Shown here: positions 41,733 to 56,254 of the stretch, one piece after another
Layout of the letters: each line of letters begins with the position of its first letter
How positions within the stretch are numbered: position 1 is the stretch's first letter
DNA from: Adineta vaga
Taxonomy: Eukaryota; Animalia; Rotifera
Direction: 5' to 3'
Assembly: GCA_021613535.1 (NCBI GenBank)
Contig: CP075493.1
Span: forward strand, 9,176,001 to 9,240,000
DNA: 64,000 nucleotides
Notes under the pieces: model-generated
Seen by the model: the letters and a program-made list of their open reading frames with translations, nothing else
Database searches by the model: none
What the model was told of the DNA's origin: nothing
Made by a program: the position numbers and the translations under genes

Positions 41733-42590
41733 TTGTTGCTGCTGCGGTTGTTGCTGTTGAGGTGGTGGAGGAGGTAAAATTGTAGATGAATGATGTTGAT
41801 GATGATGATGATGATGATGATGAGGTGAATAATGTAAATCGCTTGTGATTGTTTCTTTTTCATCAACTAATATCACTCGAACATAAACACGAAGACGATC
41901 ATCCGTTAAAAGATCATTTCGACGAGAATTTAAATAATTTCCATCAAGAAATTCTTCATAGAAGAAAAAGAAAACATAAAAACACGTTAATATGAAATAA
42001 AAAACAAGCATTCTGTTCTACCTGAATAGCCCCAATCGTTTCCTGATGAAAATGTATGAAAATTAGTCGACCGTAACATAACAAGTTCATTATTTCGACT
42101 AATAACACTGAATTCTGCTTTTGCTTTGATTGTTGGCATTGTTCCACTAACATATTTAAGAAATATTGCAATATTATTGTTTGCATGTTGTTTTTCATTT
42201 AAGCCACGTGGATATAATTTTAGACTCCAACGAGTATTTGAATAGGGAGTATTCACAGGTGAGAATGTTTCTGATTGCAGACAAGTTGAATTTGAATCAT
42301 CAATATAGGATGAAAGATAACTAGAAGATAAATGAAATAAGAAGGAAAGTAAGAGGAAATATTTCTTACTTGATAATCCATAAATGAGAAAATGAACACA
42401 AATGTCGTTCAGTACGTGATGATGAATCGGATTCTGAAAAAGTTCGTTTATGACTTTGTCGGTTAGTTGATGTTGAATTTGTTGTTGTTGATGATGATGT
42501 CGCTGTTGTTGTTGAAGTCGAATTTGTTGTGGAAGACGAATTTACATTACCAATTGTTCGATTATTATTATTATTTGTATTTTCCATCAT
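40320..42590 (-). CDS. SPOP-like: MATH-BTB-BACK protein, SPOP/Roadkill-like, with low-complexity insertions
   Basis: MATH: RWSLKLYPRGLNE...IFLKY...KAKAEFSVI...DWGY...LLTDDRLRVYVRV. BTB: FTDVHIHV...FHTHKAILISRSSSFA...AMLIYMYTG...AAVKYDLTELR. Confidence 0.85.
41686..41823 (-). repeat. Coding CAT and CAA/CAG trinucleotide repeats (poly-His, poly-Pro, poly-Gln)
   Basis: (tga)n and (tgt/tgc)n runs on the + strand encode HHHHHHHHQHH, PPPPP and a long Q tract. Confidence 0.95.
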
Positions 42591-42749
42591 TATTTATCAT
42601 AAAATTACGGATATTCTCATATTCGAAATGATCTAAAACAAATTTGCGAAAACGGTTGATAACTTTAACTTAACATAACAAACAAAAAACATCTTTTGTT
42701 TTAAGGAATTTTTTTTTATTATCGTCTATGAACGGAATGATTTCGAATT

Positions 42750-44398
42750 TCAAACAACAAATGTAGCTGGATCAAAACTTGGTTTATCTGGAAAAGTACA
42801 GCCAGATTGTTGAATACATTCGAATGCACAATAGGAACCAGCTTGAACTGCTTCTTCATGGCTTTTACCAAGAGCGAGATAAGCAAGAAAACCTAAAGAT
42901 ATTAAAATACATTAAATCGATTTTATTCAAAAATAGTATATACCTCCAACAAATGAATCACCAGCACCATTGGTATCAACAATGTCCAATGGTTTTCTTA
43001 CCGGAAATGCCTTGATTTCTTGACCAGCTAAATACAAGAATTGATTAATGAACTATAGAAATTTTGAGATTAAGAACGTACCAATTGCGAGAACTGTTGG
43101 ATCCGAACCTTGTGTAATAACAACTACTCGTGCCCGTTTGGAATTCTTTTTTGGAAGGTCACTGATGGCTTTAGCAATTGCACTAACATCTTCAGTCTAG
43201 TGAACAGCAATTCAATATTTATATGTTTAAGAAGAAAAAAAAACAAGATTCTAAACTTACATCTAATTTTAATTGATGTTTACCAAAGCTTCTTGCTTCC
43301 TAGAGAAAAAGAAATCATCATTTAGAATACTTTTTCTTTAGAAATATCTTTAACTTACAGTTTCATTTCCAAATAAGTAATCCACATATGGCATTGCGTT
43401 CATTAATTTATCACCGAAAAATTCACATATGAATGGTGCCGATAAATTAGTACAAAATATTTTATCATGTGTATCAGCATGTTCACATATGCGCATCACA
43501 GCAGGTGGACAAACAGTATAAAAGAATCCCTACATACAAAAGAAAATGAATGATTTAATCAACAAATGTAAATATGACTATTTACAGCAGTATAAAATAT
43601 TTTTGCTTTTTCAATCAATTGTTTGTTTTTTGGGTCATCTAGATGTTGAATAGTAAAATGATTTGCAGCACCTAAATTTGCTACTAATGATCTATAACAA
43701 AAGGAAATATAAAACAAACAAACAAACAAATGAGATTCATGTTACATACCGATTATTACCAGTGATAAGAACAGCACAAGTACCAGTTTGAATTCGTTCT
43801 TCGGAATCAGTTTGAACTTGATAGGATAATATAAGACCTGCTTTACTTGCTGCATCATGTAGTAACTGATGGTATTTATCTTGACCAACACAACCCATAT
43901 AGACACTTGTATTAGGTTGTTGAAGTAACCACTAGAAGGAATGGATGATTGATAGATATAATGACAAGAAAAGTTATATACTGTCGCTGCACGCATAGAA
44001 TTTTGGGTGGCACCACCAGCAACAAATTGATGATTTGGATAATCACGAAGTAAACTTTCATTTCTATGAAATTTCATAAGAAATGTCATTCATTCAAATT
44101 AAAAACAAACCACTTACAATCCTTTATGATCATCGCCTGCTAAAATGGCATCATTAGCATTTAATTTATAACTAAATTCAAAGAAAATTTTCTTCAATAA
44201 AAAAGTAATATATCGACATGTATCTACATACCCTTCAAGAAATGATACTGGAACTTCAGCAATAATATCGAGTAATGGATTTCCGATTCCAAAAATAACA
44301 CCCTCACTAAATAAAACTGTTCGTTTTTCAATTTCATAAAAGAAGTTAATTTCTCTAACAGACCTGAGTTTTTTACTATCTGATGTTTCAGTTGACAT
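42750..44398 (-). CDS. ADK: Adenosine kinase
   Basis: GIGNPLLDI, AGGATQNSMR, TGTCAVLIT, RSLVANLGAAN, PYVDYLFGNETEA, VDTNGAGDSFVGGFL. Confidence 0.96.
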
Positions 44399-44485
44399 TA
44401 TCTAGAAACAAATGGAAAACGTCATTAAAATTAAAACCGAAACGTACTAAGCAGTTCAATGCAAAAAAAAACAAAAACAAACAAT

Positions 44486-45048
44486 CTATGAACGTATTTT
44501 TTTTCCTCCTGAAGCGCTTCCTCCAAGTCTTTCTTTGAATTGTGTTTCACATTCGCGCATTTGTTTTTCCAAATATGTTTTTGTTGACTAGAACAAAGAA
44601 ATAGGAATTAAATAATTAAGTACTTCTTTGTATGAAATTAAATTCTTTACTTCTTGTTTTTTAATATCATCTTCACATGTTTTGATTTTCTTTTCAATTT
44701 GTTCACGAACTTCCCCTTTTGTATTTAATACAAACCTAAATGATTCTCAGTTAATTCGAGAGTATTCAATTGGCAAAGAAAAACATTACATTCGACCAAC
44801 TGAACTATACATTCGTGTTTCAGGTTTTAATGTATTAATTTCTTTATCAGTTAATTTTGAACGTTGAATTTCTCGTTTAAGCCCTTCGATTTGTCCAGTT
44901 GATTTTTTTAATGATGTTTGAATATCAATCATTTTCATCTGTAATTGACCTAACAACTGAAACAAAGACATCATTCTGACTTTAAAATGTACAGTAAAAA
45001 AAAATAACATACATTTTGAGCTTCTTCTTCGCGTGATGCAGCACTCAT
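44486..45048 (-). CDS. PFDN1: Prefoldin subunit 1
   Basis: LQMKMIDIQTSLKK...SKLTDKEINTLKPETRMYSSVGRMF...KTYLEKQMRECE; 4 exons. Confidence 0.9.
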
Positions 45049-47454
45049 TCTCGCACGTGCAAATTCCTTTTCAAATTCTTATTTAGATTATAAACTAGAA
45101 TAAAAAAGAATATAATAATTAAATAACTTATAGAAAAAAAAACGAAATATTCAATGATGTGTGAATGTATATACATTTGTTTTAGTTTATTGTTGTTCTG
45201 TTGTGATGTGCCGGCAATCAATAAGAGATTTCATTGGTTATCACCTGCCATTTCTAACTATTAGTACACCTTTTTATTGATATGACGATGAAAATATTTG
45301 CGACTTGATTCACTCGAAAATGTTTTATTTATATACTATACTCAATAAAAAGATTTTTTCAAAAGAAATGATAAATCATGACGAGAAGCGACATCTGTTG
45401 GATATAATTGTTAGAATGAATGTAAACAAAGAAAGCTTTCTCTATCTCTTGTCTTGTTCACAAATTCATCATCAATTCTATCTTTCATTTCATTTTCACA
45501 CCTATGGTTGATCAATTTAATATTTATATGAAGATATATGCATGCAGTATAGTTAACATTTACTATATAATCTGTATCGTTCGATCTAGGTCGTGTTGTA
45601 CTAATTTTCTTGTGAAATAACATAAAAAGGTGATTGATACTTTGGAAATTCAGTTTGCCTGTAATAAGTCATCGAATGAAATAGTTTCTCATTCGATTTA
45701 ATTGGCAGTCAAAATGATGATGTAAATATCAATGTTTGCAAATAAGAGATGCTTCTATTCATAGCCGCATTCATGATGAATATGGTGAAAATTTTGATAG
45801 AAATTCATTGTAAATCACATCAGAGTCTTGTTTTAAGAAGATTGTTTAGTACTTCATTAAAAAACTTTCCTTTAATAGACACTTTATTATCCTCTTGTAA
45901 AGCATAAACAGAGAAAGAAATGTCCAAGAACTCAAACTATGAAATACAAACGAAGCAGTCAATTTATTGAGATTAGAAAATGTTTGACCAATCAATCAAA
46001 TCATGTATCTTATCACACTAAAAGTTCGGAAGAAATTACATAAAATTGGTTCGTTATGAAAATATATTAGATGCATACTTTGCTCTCTTCTACAGTCATA
46101 TATACGTGATACTAAAGTCGATTGAAAAAAAATAGTGAGAGGAGTATTCTTTCTTTCCAAATGAAGAAGAAAAACGGATAGAAAAATTGATGTGGAAAAT
46201 GTAATTGCCGTTAATAACAGTGCTTACTTCATTATTCTTTGAAATGTATTGAGCTTTGAAACAGCAAACGTGTATCATATCTTCATATGTATCTGAAAGA
46301 ATAGTTTGTACGTGCGACCAGAACGAAACAAATTCTTCTTCAGCAAGATTGTCATGGATGTTATCAATGTGGAAGTTACATATTTGTTCACTTTCACTTT
46401 TTCTATTATCATATCATGTACATGAAAAATACCGCATTCGAATCTAAGTTAAAGAAAAGAAAATAATATGGTAATTGCAAGCATTCTTGAGCTCTCACAC
46501 GTACTGGTTTTGCACGAACTATTATCATATTTCTCAACCAGTTCTTTTTCAGATATATGTTAAATAGAGGAAAACGTGTAGATCGACTAAATATATATAT
46601 ATATATATATTAACGAAAGACAAGTGCGATATTCCGAAAAATAGTCAATAAGACACAATTCATATCAAATGAACGTATATAGAATAAAAAGAAACGGTTA
46701 GAGAGACGAAAATATTATTGATCTATCATATAGAATCATTTCACAAGGATATTTTCAACAGTTATAGGAGATATTGAGTATTCAAGTAGAAATATTAGAT
46801 CTTCTTCTTTTACCAAAGTTTGCCTCCTCAATACATATATGAGAATGATTGTTAACAAAAAAAAATAGATATATATTTATACTTATATCTAATAAGTTCT
46901 CATAATTGTTCGTAAGAATCATTGACTGAATTCACATGTTATCTATTTACAATAGTACAATACAAATCAAATAATGAATTGAATTTTACCGAATTGTGGT
47001 AAAGATGTAATTGATTTATTTATTTTAATAATAACAACAAGAAAATAACAAACAACAGAAAAGATGAATATCTCCTTTTTTTTATTTTTGCTTAGCACAA
47101 AACAAAACATTGTCTTTCTTACAAAATGAACTAAAGTCATAAGAATTTTTTAAAGATTAATTTTTGAGAAAGATTATGATAAATAAAAGACAACAACAAT
47201 AAAGACGATGACAAAAGAAAACTTTAACATTTAAGGAAGAAAAACAATTAATAATCAAATAATCAGATCATAAGTCATAATTGAAGAGAATCAAGAAGAA
47301 AAGAACGAAAATCAAACTACAAACACACAACAACCAATAACCCCATTCGATGAATTGCAAGAAATTATTCTTGGATAAGAAGACCAGCACACACAAAAGG
47401 ATAAATAAATATGAACAGAAGTCAGGATGAGAAAAAGAAGAAGAAAAGATTCAT

Positions 47455-48415
47455 TCAAGCTCGAAAGAGAATTTTTGATGTTGCACCACGTTTTGATTCT
47501 TGATCTTCATGACTCTAAATAAATTTATTCATTTATATTTCTTGCACATATCAATCTTAAAATGTTTACTTCAAAAACCAATGGTAAATTTCGAGGAATA
47601 TCGGCTACTTCGCGAAATCGAGTTCTAAGAAAGAGACAAGAAAACTTGAATGAAAATAAAATGATTCTCCTAGACAACTACTCACCCAATCCGTTTTGTC
47701 ACATCAGCATTTTTCCAATCTTTTGTCCATAAACTAATTCGGTCACCTTTACTTCGTATTGACACAACACAACCATTGACATGTTGAGCATCTTCAGTGT
47801 ATTGATCACCAATCAATGATAGCAACTGTAAAGAAGTAAAACAAAAATATCAATCCGTAAGCAATCTCGTTTATAACATACAGTAAAAAGCCAATATTTG
47901 TCAAGTTCAGTTGTACGTTGACCTTTATTTAAATTCAAAGACCATCGACCACCGGAACGATTAAATCGATCTTCCCACATTGGTTGCTAAATAGAAAAAA
48001 AACGATATCAAGAAGATGTGAAGCATAAAAGAGACGGCTATCTACGTACAATATGTGTTTTGAAAAGAAGATAATCGCAACCTTGACCTAATCGACTAGC
48101 TACTTGTAAATGATTGTAAACAGACCAGAAACTTTCAACTGTTGATACAGTCGTTATTTGTATAAGATTATCTTTCCATTCACATTGTCGATCGTTTTTA
48201 AAAAACCAAAATGCCCAGGAATCTTCTAATGGAAATGTCAAATCATTGGCTGATTGAATCATTGATGCCATTTCATTAGCAGAATTTTCTTTTTCACATT
48301 GTTCATTTGGAACAGGTGATTTATCTTCTGGTGATAATGGACTAATTGGTGTTGTATATGTCTCATCTGATTGATTATCAGTGGTATCAATTTTGATATT
48401 ATCAGTGACTGACAT
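47455..48415 (-). CDS. EIF4E: Cap-binding translation initiation factor eIF4E (class I)
   Basis: PLEDSWAFWFFKND...W...TVESFWSVYNH...GCDYLLFK, QPMWEDRFNRSGGRW, GCVVSIRSKGDRISLWT. Confidence 0.95.
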
Positions 48416-48568
48416 AATTTCTAATGATAAATTCCTATCTAAAAAAGAGCGAAAAAAAAAGGATTAATCAATTGCATAAATGAAAGAATGATTAATTATC
48501 ACAAATATACAAATATCACAAAGAAAATACTGTTGTGAAAGACAAAAAAAAGGAAAAAGAAATCGTTG

Positions 48569-50732
48569 TTAAATATCTGATTGATAGAGTGTTTTTAATT
48601 GCATATTTTCATCTTGTAATTGATCAATTCGTTGTTTTAATTGAAGATTTTCTCTTTCATATTTTAAACGATCTTCTTTAAATGTTTTAGTTACATGATT
48701 AAGTAACATTTCTTTTCGATCAATGATTTGTTTTAATACACGTATTTCATCATGTAATGTTTTGAAATAATCTGGTAATGGATTTGAAGGACATGATGAA
48801 ATATTCATTGTACTTGTATATTGAAGATTATCTGTAGAAGTAAATTGAGGATTAAATGCTCGAGTCATGCTTGTTTTAAAACTTGATAATGATTTACCAA
48901 ATTTGTTGGCAAATGATTTTTTCGTCGTTTTACTAACTGGAGATGAAGCATTGCTATTACAAATTATCTGAATGGGAATATCTATAAAAAAAAACGAAGA
49001 TTTTGATTATTCATCATAATGTGTGAGTATAAAACTAAATTCTTACCTGATCGATGCTTTTTTTCAATAATCATTATCTGATTTTTTGTTCTCTCTTCAT
49101 CGTTAATTGCACCTGCACAAGAGAATCGTTTTGGACGAAGATAAACTTGTTTTCCGATGTTTTCCTCTTCTCTTTCACAGCATGTTACAAATGATTGTTC
49201 ATTATCATTGATCGATTTATCGATTGTAAATTCTGAACAATATTGTGTATCAGTGTTGGTATCTAAATGATCATCCGAACTCAAATTTGAACTATCAACG
49301 GATGAAAATGTAGTAAAACGTATGGAAGGCATGGATGATGAACGTGAATTGATTTTGATCGGTTGTTCATTATTTGATAAAAGTGAAGAAAATGATGAAA
49401 AACCACTAGATTTAGCAATCGATTCATTGTTTGGTTCACATCCTTGATTTGAATTAAACTAAGTGAGTGAGAAAGAAAAAAAGAACAGAATTAAATTGAA
49501 ATTTTTATGAAAATTTCATATATACCAAAAAAAGATATTCACTATGATCGATGAATACTTTAATCAATGGAAATAAATTATAACTGAAAGAAACAAATAG
49601 ATTTCTTTTACCAAATAATCCAAATCTTTACTTATGTCCTTTGATCATATTAAGGTCAAGTTCTTCAGCTGGTCTAATAAGATTATTTCCAAAAGTAACA
49701 GCTAAATTATCTGTATCCATTTTTGTTTCATGAGCATAGTTAGTTAATTTTTTAAGAAATAAACACAAATAAGCCAGAAGTGCATAATTAATACCTGATA
49801 ATGTTCTTTCAATTAATTGTTTTAAACGATCAATATCATTTGTTTGATTATATTTAAATCGTGAACCAAATTCAAAGTATTCATCGAAGTTTTTTACAGG
49901 AATTATTGGTTCAGGTAATGAATGTAAATAAAGTTTTAATAGAGAAGAGATTGTCGCTGGTGAATACGAATTATTTAATTCAATGACAACACCACGATCG
50001 TACATATCACGTAATTCTTTTATTGAAGATTGTTTACCTGGTATTCTAAGACAGAAAAAAAAGATCGAGAACTAATGAATGTTAATTTACAATAGAATTC
50101 TTACCGAAATAAACCAACAAATGTTGAACCATATTCGAGTAAAAATTCACAACATTGTCGAACAATAAATGGAACAGAAGATGATTTATCATGAGAATAT
50201 TTGAATGTATTTTCTAATGATTGACCAAAAATACCTAATCAAAAAAAGGAAAATTAAATCCTATCTAACCCATCATTTGATTTACATACCGCCACCAATT
50301 CGACTGTAGGCTGTTCGTTTCAATGCTAAAAACCAACAATCATATTCATCTTTTGATTCCGTTTGTAACAAATGAATTTCATCTAAATAGCATTTAAAAA
50401 TAGAACAAAACATTTTTTTCATATTTCATCAAATCGATATCTTACTATCTAATTTAATTTCAATTGTATTATCAGATGAAGATTCACAATCATTCATCAA
50501 AATATTCGGTAAAAGTTTTATCCATTCACGATAACGTCTATCTATTTTTGAAGCAATGAATAAAATAGCTTTGTCCCAATCTATGATACAATATCGACGA
50601 TGCCATTTTGAATGCGAGTGTAATTTAACTTTGAGCCATCCTAAATATAAATTTTTCCAATGATAATAATCGAAAAAACATAATCAGTAAATAACCTTGT
50701 TTAGGATTAATATCTAAATCATCGTTCGACAT
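48569..50732 (-). CDS. PH-domain RhoGAP with C-terminal coiled coil (ARHGAP22/24/25-like)
   Basis: PH: KQGWLKV...WHRRYCII...WFLALKR. GAP: GGGIFGQSLENT, VPFIVRQCCEFL, GLFRIPG, SSLLKLYLHSLPEPIIP, KMDTDNLAVTFGNNLIRP. Confidence 0.9.
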
Positions 50733-51476
50733 TGTATCGATTTATTGGACAGAGGATTTTTTTATATCGACATGAGAAAAATCAATGTATATTTGCTTTT
50801 TTCTATCCAATCATTGATTAGAATCGTAGAGGATCAAGGACTAAATCTGATTGGTTCAAATAGAAGAAAGACGCATATAAGGGCGTGAGTGAGAAACAAT
50901 GAATCGAGAAAAAAAATGAACTATGAATTACGTCCATATCATAATGAAAATATTCGAAATATCAGATTTGAATCACTTTTTGAGTGCAAGAGAAACCATT
51001 AATACTTTACCTACTGTTATTTATAGTTATCGATATTGAATAAGAATTTATGATGTATTTTAATCAAAGAAAAAGAAAGCATCATCATTTTTTTATGTCT
51101 TGTTGAGATTGAACTGTCGTAATAAATAGAATAAAGAAGAAATTTGTCTTGCTTATAAACGATATGTTTCTCAAATGATATATAACGTCGTTTGATTCTT
51201 ATCATTAAGAGGTACGTTTCAGTTAGTTATCGAAGAAGATTCGTGTTTTACAAAGACAGTAACATTTTACATGGTACATTTTCCGTGACATGAATTGTTT
51301 GAATTGATAATTGAAAAAAAAATCACAAGTTTCTCTTGTTTGAACTCAATTTCCTAGCTTTCTATTTGTACTTTCAAATGAACTCTAATTTCTCCATGAA
51401 CACCGCACATAAACATTCAGTTCTATGTGTTATAAGTCAATTCCATATATTTGAATTTAAAAAAGAAAAGATGTTT

Positions 51477-51492
51477 AGCCCTAAAGAGGGCT
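51477..51492 (-). terminator. Histone 3' stem-loop of H4 (AGCCCT-CTTT-AGGGCT)
   Basis: 6-bp stem and 4-nt loop, preceded by AAAACCCAAC; identical in all four histone genes. Confidence 0.95.
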
Positions 51493-51577
51493 GTTGGGTT
51501 TTAGTGGATTTTTTTTTATAGTTTTATTTTGAGAGTGATATTATTCATCTCAACCGGCCAAGCAGTAAACAAACCGC

Positions 51578-52731
<1,154 letters not shown>

Positions 52732-52807
52732 GTGTGAAAAGCTGAAAGATTAGATTTGAGATGAATCACATCACTCTCAACAAACAACAAAATATTTAAA
52801 ACCCAAC

Positions 52808-52823
52808 AGCCCTCTTTAGGGCT
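52808..52823 (+). terminator. Histone 3' stem-loop of H3
   Basis: aaacccaac-AGCCCTCTTTAGGGCT. Confidence 0.95.
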
Positions 52824-53520
52824 AATACATTTTATATTCAAATATATGGAACAAAGTTATAAAAACACATTTTGAAATTGTAAATCAATGAACTTTTGTT
52901 CTTTTTCTCGTGAAGAATGAAATAGAAGAATGAATGAACTTTCATAGGAAAAAGACCAAAATAGATACATCTATACATTTAATGATGATCTGATATTTTC
53001 GAGAGGCTTCTTATCGTTTTCGATTTGTGTTATTAATTGAAGAAGCAAAAACAAAACAACGAAATATATAACATAAAATGTTCAATGCTATGGTCATATC
53101 ATATGAATGGAAGAACGAAACAAATCAATGAGGTCATAGGTTACGACGGCTGCATTTTCATGCAAATATCATCTTCTTTCTTTTCATAGAACGACTCAAT
53201 CGTATTGGCGAGATAGGAAATCTTTTGTTTTGCATAGAATCACATCTTTTTTGAATTATCCAATACGAAATGCATTTTCTGTCTCAGCCGTATTCTTTCT
53301 GCCATTGTGAAAAACATTTAATCATCGACATTCTATTTTTCTTTTTTTGTAAATAAGTCAATAAAAATCGTTTATGATTGTTGAAAATGAATTGAACCCA
53401 ATTTTATTTATTTATCTATTGAATGAATATCTAAATCTACCATACAAGAAGAAGACAGCAACAAATTCATGAAAACGTATTTTGACGACAAATCCATATT
53501 TTTTAAATTTAAGATATATT

Positions 53521-53536
53521 AGCCCTAAAGAGGGCT
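53521..53536 (-). terminator. Histone 3' stem-loop of H2B
   Basis: Reverse complement of AGCCCTCTTTAGGGCT with the same 5' flank. Confidence 0.95.
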
Positions 53537-53600
53537 GTTGGGTTTTAAGGTTTCTTTTTAATTGAGAGTGTTGGCAATCATCTCATTATCAAGTCACCAT

Positions 53601-54049
<449 letters not shown>

Positions 54050-54315
54050 AATGAAATTGTTGTATTAATCGACTTTGTTGACGAAGAATAGATGAATATA
54101 TGAGAGTGAGTATGAACGATTGTGTATTCTTATATAGACCAGTTCACTGACAACATTTTTGAACGAATAGGAACGCATCTTTCTTCAGTTCCTATTGGTT
54201 CATTTGTATGTCAATATCAAATGTCTATATATAGACAAAGAAAAAAGGACGCTCAGTTTATTCTACACGTTCATCAACAAGCTTTTTTAAATTCTATTAA
54301 TTAATAATTAAAATT
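54050..54315. promoter_or_regulatory. Bidirectional H2B/H2A promoter
   Basis: Divergent ATGs, tatatagac boxes on each side, a CCAAT (attgg) box and a central inverted repeat aataggaac/gttcctatt. Confidence 0.65.
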
Positions 54316-54848
<533 letters not shown>

Positions 54849-54893
54849 AGAATGAAAAATTCAAATTAGAAAGCAATTCAAATAAAACCCAAC

Positions 54894-54909
54894 AGCCCTC
54901 TTTAGGGCT
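54894..54909 (+). terminator. Histone 3' stem-loop of H2A
   Basis: aaaacccaac-AGCCCTCTTTAGGGCT. Confidence 0.95.
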
Positions 54910-56254
54910 AAAACATATTTTAAATTCATAAAATGTTTGATTTTTGTTTATTCATACGAACAGAAATAAATTGTATATTATTTATTGAATCTAATAGCCT
55001 TTGTTTTTGCTTAACAAGAAGTTCATTGTATAGAAATTGATCGTCTCTGATATGGATACTCACTATTTTTGATAAAACTCATGATTGAAAAAAGAATTTC
55101 TCTACTACATACCACACATACACAGAATACTTGCATTTACTAATTTATATTCAATGATATCGATAAGATAAATGAGAAAACTTGTGAAATCTCACTGCTA
55201 TTAGTAGTTGTCTGGTGTGTTTGTCTTATGACTCATCTATAACTGTCTTTAAGAAACCAATTCGTGTAAACAGCGCTACAATCAATGATAACTATTAATT
55301 AATTCGAAAAATTTCTATTTTCATTATAATTAATATTTTCATGGCTAGAATTAGTTTTGAGGTAAAAAAATTAACTTTTCTTTTCATCCTATTTGGAGGT
55401 CCAAAAACCGATAAAATTCGATTATATCACAGAATGGCTGCCATATCGAAAAGGAAAAAATAAAATAATATCTAAAGTCAATGTATTTCGGATAGTAATG
55501 AAAATCTATCATCCGTAAGTTGAATTTTCGTTTGAAAATAGATTTATCATAATGAATTCTCTTAGGAAAAAGTTATTGAGCAAAAATCAACATCTATGAA
55601 CGATTTGCGTCCTTATCGAAGCCATTAATCAATGTGGCAAATGTCGAAATCGATTCTTTGTCGAATGTTAACGATTGTTTTGGCAGTAAAATGTTTCAAA
55701 AATCAACTACGCTCAACTCACAAAGTAATGAAGAATTGTGAAAAATTCAATCGCTTCGAATGTTGAAAATCTGTATACATCTCACCCACAGGCATGTAGT
55801 TGTATCTTTGATCATAATATTCAAGAATCTCATTCCACGATATACTTCCGAAAAGTAAACAATCGAATAAAGACAAAGAAAAAAAAAACTAAACACGATG
55901 AAGACTATCCACAGGTGGGAATGAAAACATTCATTTATCTTTATTGAAATCTTCTTTTCATTTAGAAAGTAGATGATCACATAATACCGTCATTACTTCA
56001 AGTAAATTATTTCATTTACATATTTTCAGTTTTGTTCTAACTTAATCGATTCTTTGGCAATGAAAGTTTATGTCAATCATAGTATGAAAATAGATTACTA
56101 TTATCATGCTTTCATGACAACATTCAGATGAGTGAATGAATGAGAAATATGAAATGAAACAGAAAAATCTTTTCATGTTCGAATAATTTTAATTTGTCGA
56201 TCTTCTTCTAGATAAAATTTTATTGAAATAGTATGTATCATCTACGTTAATCGA

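Noticed and set aside
45300-46450. Possible decayed F-box/LRR-family gene in the spacer
   Set aside because: Only vague peptide resemblance and no continuous frame.
55250-55750. Possible transposase remnant with a Cys-rich end (QCGKCRNRFFVEC)
   Set aside because: No terminal repeats or DDE motif could be identified by eye.
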